From positions 12,728-76,727 of IMG/VR virus record IMGVR_UViG_3300028559_000025: a DNA stretch of 64,000 nucleotides; one strand, 5' to 3'. This document shows positions 60,924-64,000 of the stretch, piece by piece. The stretch is from a virus. Within the stretch, counting starts at the first letter, position 1. Each line of letters opens with the position of its first letter. The notes below the pieces were generated by a model. The model was not told where the DNA came from, did not search any database, and saw only the letters and a program-made list of their open reading frames with translations. Made by a program: the position numbers and the translations under genes.

Positions 60924-61232
60924 TCACTCATTTTGCTCCTCATCATCAGAGTATGCAACTGGCTCAATAAACCATGATAAGTGGTGTTGTTCTACAATAG
61001 CGTGTGCAGGTGCTTGAGTATCTCCACGATAGAGAATCTGAAAGTCACCAACTTTAGGCATATCAATCATGCGGTCATAGTCCTCGTCATAGTAAGCGTC
61101 AATGGCTTCAATGCAAGGTTGTACCATTTCTGCGGGTACTGGTGGATAGTGATTACCCTTTAAGTGATAAAGTAATTGTGTTTCTAGGTCTAACACGCTA
61201 TCTTTAATTCCTAGTGCTGTTACGCTTCCCAT
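60924..61232 (-). CDS. Conserved actinophage hypothetical protein
   Basis: HL.GNHYPPVP..M...CI.AI...AIVEQHHL. Confidence 0.55.
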   Translation of the reverse strand: MGSVTALGIKDSVLDLETQLLYHLKGNHYPPVPAEMVQPCIEAIDAYYDEDYDRMIDMPKVGDFQILYRGDTQAPAHAIVEQHHLSWFIEPVAYSDDEEQNE

Positions 61233-61373
61233 ATTACTTACCTTCCCAATCCTCAATTACTCCGTCAATAGCGTCCTGTATATCTGCTTCAAATATTGCT
61301 AACTCATCTTGAGTTAATTTGCTAATAAAAGAATTCTTATCATTAGGCTTCCATGTAATTACTTCTGCATCTA

Positions 61374-61586
61374 TCACTTTACTACGACCAATCCGCTAGT
61401 ATAAAAAGTTTTTGTGTACATCTTGCCTGTTGGCGTTGAGAGATTGACTGTGCGATATTCTTTAGCCATTCCCCAATCAGTAAATAGGAAAAAGTTTTCC
61501 CATGCACCATATTCGTTTTCATAGCGTTGTACCCAATGAGGTGCTTCTCCATCATAGGCTGAGGTGATTGCGTATTCGTATTCCAT
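61374..61586 (-). CDS. Hypothetical protein
   Basis: DWG.A.EY.TVNL..P.GKMYTK. Confidence 0.55.
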   Translation of the reverse strand: MEYEYAITSAYDGEAPHWVQRYENEYGAWENFFLFTDWGMAKEYRTVNLSTPTGKMYTKTFYTSGLVVVK

Positions 61587-62033
61587 TTATTCATTCCAAT
61601 CTAGTGTGAGTTCTAATTCTAACATGTCTGAGTAGTGTTGGTCAATTCCGCATGACCAGCAATAAAATCCGTCTATATGTAGGTTTTCATTACATGCAAC
61701 GCACAAGGCTTCCATCATATTACCCAAAATACTCACCCATATTCTTTTCATCTTGCCAGTCACGATAGTGTGGCTCGCATAGTTCGTTGATATTGATAGA
61801 TATTGCAGAGATACTCATGCGCTGAGCAAAACATACTTTGCATTCGTTCATAGGGGGTTCCTTCTTTCTGTTGATATATTTTATCTTACACTATGGGGCT
61901 GACAAGGGCAATTCGTAAGGGCACTTAATCTCAAAATGTGAGAAAATTTGGGAGTGATTAATGTCACAACGTAAAGCCTGTGGATAACCTGTGGGCGACA
62001 CGCCAGGGCGCGTCGGGCCCCATTTTTGAAGGT

Positions 62034-62062
62034 TGAGCAGTTTTAAATCTTGCTCAGGATTT
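62034..62062 (-). ncRNA. 29-nt pseudoknot repeat, copy 5
   Basis: AAATC-CTGAGCAA-GATTT-AAAAC-TGCTCA. Confidence 0.7.
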
Positions 62063-62190
62063 TTTTATTTACTTTCGCAAATCGTTTTTTATTTCAACAA
62101 GATCATCTTTTAAATCTTGCCACATTAAACGAAAACAAGCAAGCACTCCAAGAAATAAAATCACCTGCACGATTGTTGTGATAACTCTGC

Positions 62191-62376
62191 TCATGCATTT
62201 ACTTCAATTTCTTTTGTGCAAGCGTCCCAAAATTTATTTTCATCAAATCTTGGATTGTCTGCGCTAAACCATTCGCTGAATTCAAAAACTAAATCTTTAA
62301 AAGTTTTAGAATCCATTTCATCAACGAATAGATTTAGAATCTTTGCAGTTTCTACATAGTCTTTTCTAGTCATCAT
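62191..62376 (-). CDS. Conserved phage hypothetical protein
   Basis: MTRKDY...A..L...F..DNPRFD..KF..AC. Confidence 0.65.
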   Translation of the reverse strand: MMTRKDYVETAKILNLFVDEMDSKTFKDLVFEFSEWFSADNPRFDENKFWDACTKEIEVNA

Positions 62377-62536
62377 TAGATGTTCACCAAATTTTCTACA
62401 TGTGCAGAAATCTGATTGTATGCATTAGAGCAATCATAGCAATATGTTTCCGTAGGGATACCACCTAGCATGAATGCATCTATGCCTGAATAAACAAGGC
62501 TTGTGCTTGTGCATTTAGTTACTTTACATTCTTTCA

Positions 62537-62743
62537 TTACTCTGCCACCTTTAGCGTTGCATATGAATTTCCTTCATTGAGTTCATCAAGCGCAGACTGA
62601 ATGCGTGGTGCAAGTAGTTCTTTTAGCATTGACTCAAGCATAGCAACCTGATCTATTGTAGGTAGTGCAAGCAATTGCTTAGCGATTGGATGTGTTTCGT
62701 CTAATTCAGTTACGAATTGGAGAGAGTGAGGTATTGTTATCAT
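62537..62743 (-). CDS. Hypothetical protein
   Basis: ORF with AGGA RBS. Confidence 0.5.
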   Translation of the reverse strand: MITIPHSLQFVTELDETHPIAKQLLALPTIDQVAMLESMLKELLAPRIQSALDELNEGNSYATLKVAE

Positions 62744-62763
62744 TGTTTTTTATTTCCTATTCT

Positions 62764-62958
62764 TTAGTTTGTTTTTGTTAGTGTAGAAGTGCCACGAAGT
62801 GTGCCACTAATTCCAAGTGTATCGCAAGCGATTTTTACTGATACCCCAACTGGTAAAGTTTGAGGGTATTGTGAGATGAATTGAGCAACTGCACCCCTAG
62901 AAGGGAGAGCGATTGTTTTTACTGAGCCATTGAAAGACTCTAGTTTTACTTTGTACAT
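62764..62958 (-). CDS. Hypothetical protein
   Basis: ORF downstream of the promoter at 62994-63016. Confidence 0.55.
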   Translation of the reverse strand: MYKVKLESFNGSVKTIALPSRGAVAQFISQYPQTLPVGVSVKIACDTLGISGTLRGTSTLTKTN

Positions 62959-62993
62959 AAGTTTGTACCTACTTTCTTTTTGTTGATTGTTTT

Positions 62994-63016
62994 ATTATAT
63001 CAGGGGGCACTGACAA
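62994..63016 (-). promoter_or_regulatory. WTGTCA-N11-(-10) promoter
   Basis: TTGTCA-GTGCCCCCTGA-TATAAT. Confidence 0.65.
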
Positions 63017-63214
63017 TTAGTTAGCGACGGCAATCGTGCGATAGGTGGTAAGGATACGGTTATCAGGTTGTACCTCTACAAGATAAGACTCGCAACCCTC
63101 ATACCATACGGCTTTAGGGTGAGGCTCTGCACTTACGATTTTACCCGTAAGAGTATTTGAGCGATATTCTTTTCCTACTAGTAGGGTTTGGACATTGTAG
63201 ACATTGGCTGACAT
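63017..63214 (-). CDS. Hypothetical protein
   Basis: AAGGTG RBS, own promoter at 63249-63271. Confidence 0.55.
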   Translation of the reverse strand: MSANVYNVQTLLVGKEYRSNTLTGKIVSAEPHPKAVWYEGCESYLVEVQPDNRILTTYRTIAVAN

Positions 63215-63428
63215 ATTGTCACCTTCTTTTCTTTTTGGTTATATAAATATCTTACCATAGGGGTCTGACATTTCTAGCGGTTCTAAGGGGTAACGCTCCC
63301 CTTATTCTAGGTTGACAACCTAGCGTGATTACTTTTTCACTATAAAACCTTATTTATTTTTATATCTAATTATAGCATTTTTGGCTGACATTATCAAATC
63401 CAAATTCGGACATATCCGACATTTTGAA

Positions 63429-63444
63429 TGTGAGGTTGGTCACA
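63429..63444. promoter_or_regulatory. CRP/GlxR-like palindrome
   Basis: TGTGA-GGTTGG-TCACA. Confidence 0.65.
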
Positions 63445-64000
63445 CTTGTTTTTCTACTTATTTAATTTTACTCCTCTAGAGTACCATAAAAATATCAAAA
63501 AGTCAAGGCGACACGCCGTAAAATAGTGAAAATAATATTGTGATCTTAAACACATTTGCAGCTGCGACACGCCCGAATGCGTCGGGCCCCATTAGACCAT
63601 TAGTTTATTTTTTAGTAACACTCACCGCACATTGGAAAATAATATTCGCCGTCATCCGTTACGAATTGTGTTGTTTCTTTTTTACAAGAATCGCATTTGT
63701 TCATTTTTTATTCTCCATCTCTAAATCTTTTGCAAATAGTTTTGCAATTCTTTCTTTTTCTTTATCTGGCGTGTTAGCCCATAAATATCCTAGCAAATAG
63801 TGTGTGCCAGAATCACGATCATTGTTGCGAATCTTGCGTGTTGTAGCAAGTACATCTTGTAGTTCAATGCTTATCATTACTTTACCTCATTCTCTTTAGC
63901 GATCATCTCTTTTAGATACCAAATTGCTACCTGCCTACCATTCTTGTAGCCAGTACCTACAATGGTGCGAGGTGCAACCTCTCTTGCCATTAGTGCGTCA

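Noticed and set aside
61979-61987. Perfect DnaA box TGTGGATAA
   Set aside because: A single 9-mer is expected by chance about once in a window this size, and there is no cluster of boxes.
57075-62062. 29-nt repeats as a CRISPR array or intrinsic terminators
   Set aside because: The copies are hundreds to thousands of bases apart with genes between them, and none has a U tract.
1-64000. Stop-codon reassignment or a diversity-generating retroelement
   Set aside because: Long genes read cleanly in the standard code using TAA, TAG and TGA stops. No reverse transcriptase or template/variable repeat pair was seen.

Overview
A 64 kb, AT-rich segment of a large lytic tailed dsDNA phage (Caudoviricetes). 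It almost certainly infects Actinobacteria: it carries WhiB, DnaE-type polymerase, many leaderless genes and a host-like Ig-fold surface protein, which suggests a freshwater acI-like host (inference). Plus strand, 1-43245: end of the tape measure and tail module, a prolyl-hydroxylase/GT60 glycosyltransferase pair, replication and recombination genes (DnaB, primase, SSB, DnaE, MazG, RecA, resolvases, Cas4-like nuclease), terminase, secreted and membrane proteins, 2 tRNAs, Hsp20, endolysin and WhiB. Minus strand, 43234-64000: a glycosylation cluster, 4 tRNAs, many small genes, a ~1 kb repeat-rich non-coding tract and an early-gene-like region with dense regulatory motifs. Top candidates for undescribed biology: (1) a Pro-Thr-repeat tail fibre clustered with a prolyl 4-hydroxylase-like enzyme and a Skp1-type hydroxyproline GlcNAc-transferase, i.e. 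a possible phage hydroxyproline O-glycosylation system; (2) a dispersed 29-nt RNA pseudoknot in five 3' UTRs with compensatory base changes; (3) a promoter class with a WTGTCA box exactly 11 nt upstream of the -10 hexamer, with helically phased CRP-like palindromes nearby. All family assignments come from motif recognition by eye, not from database searches.
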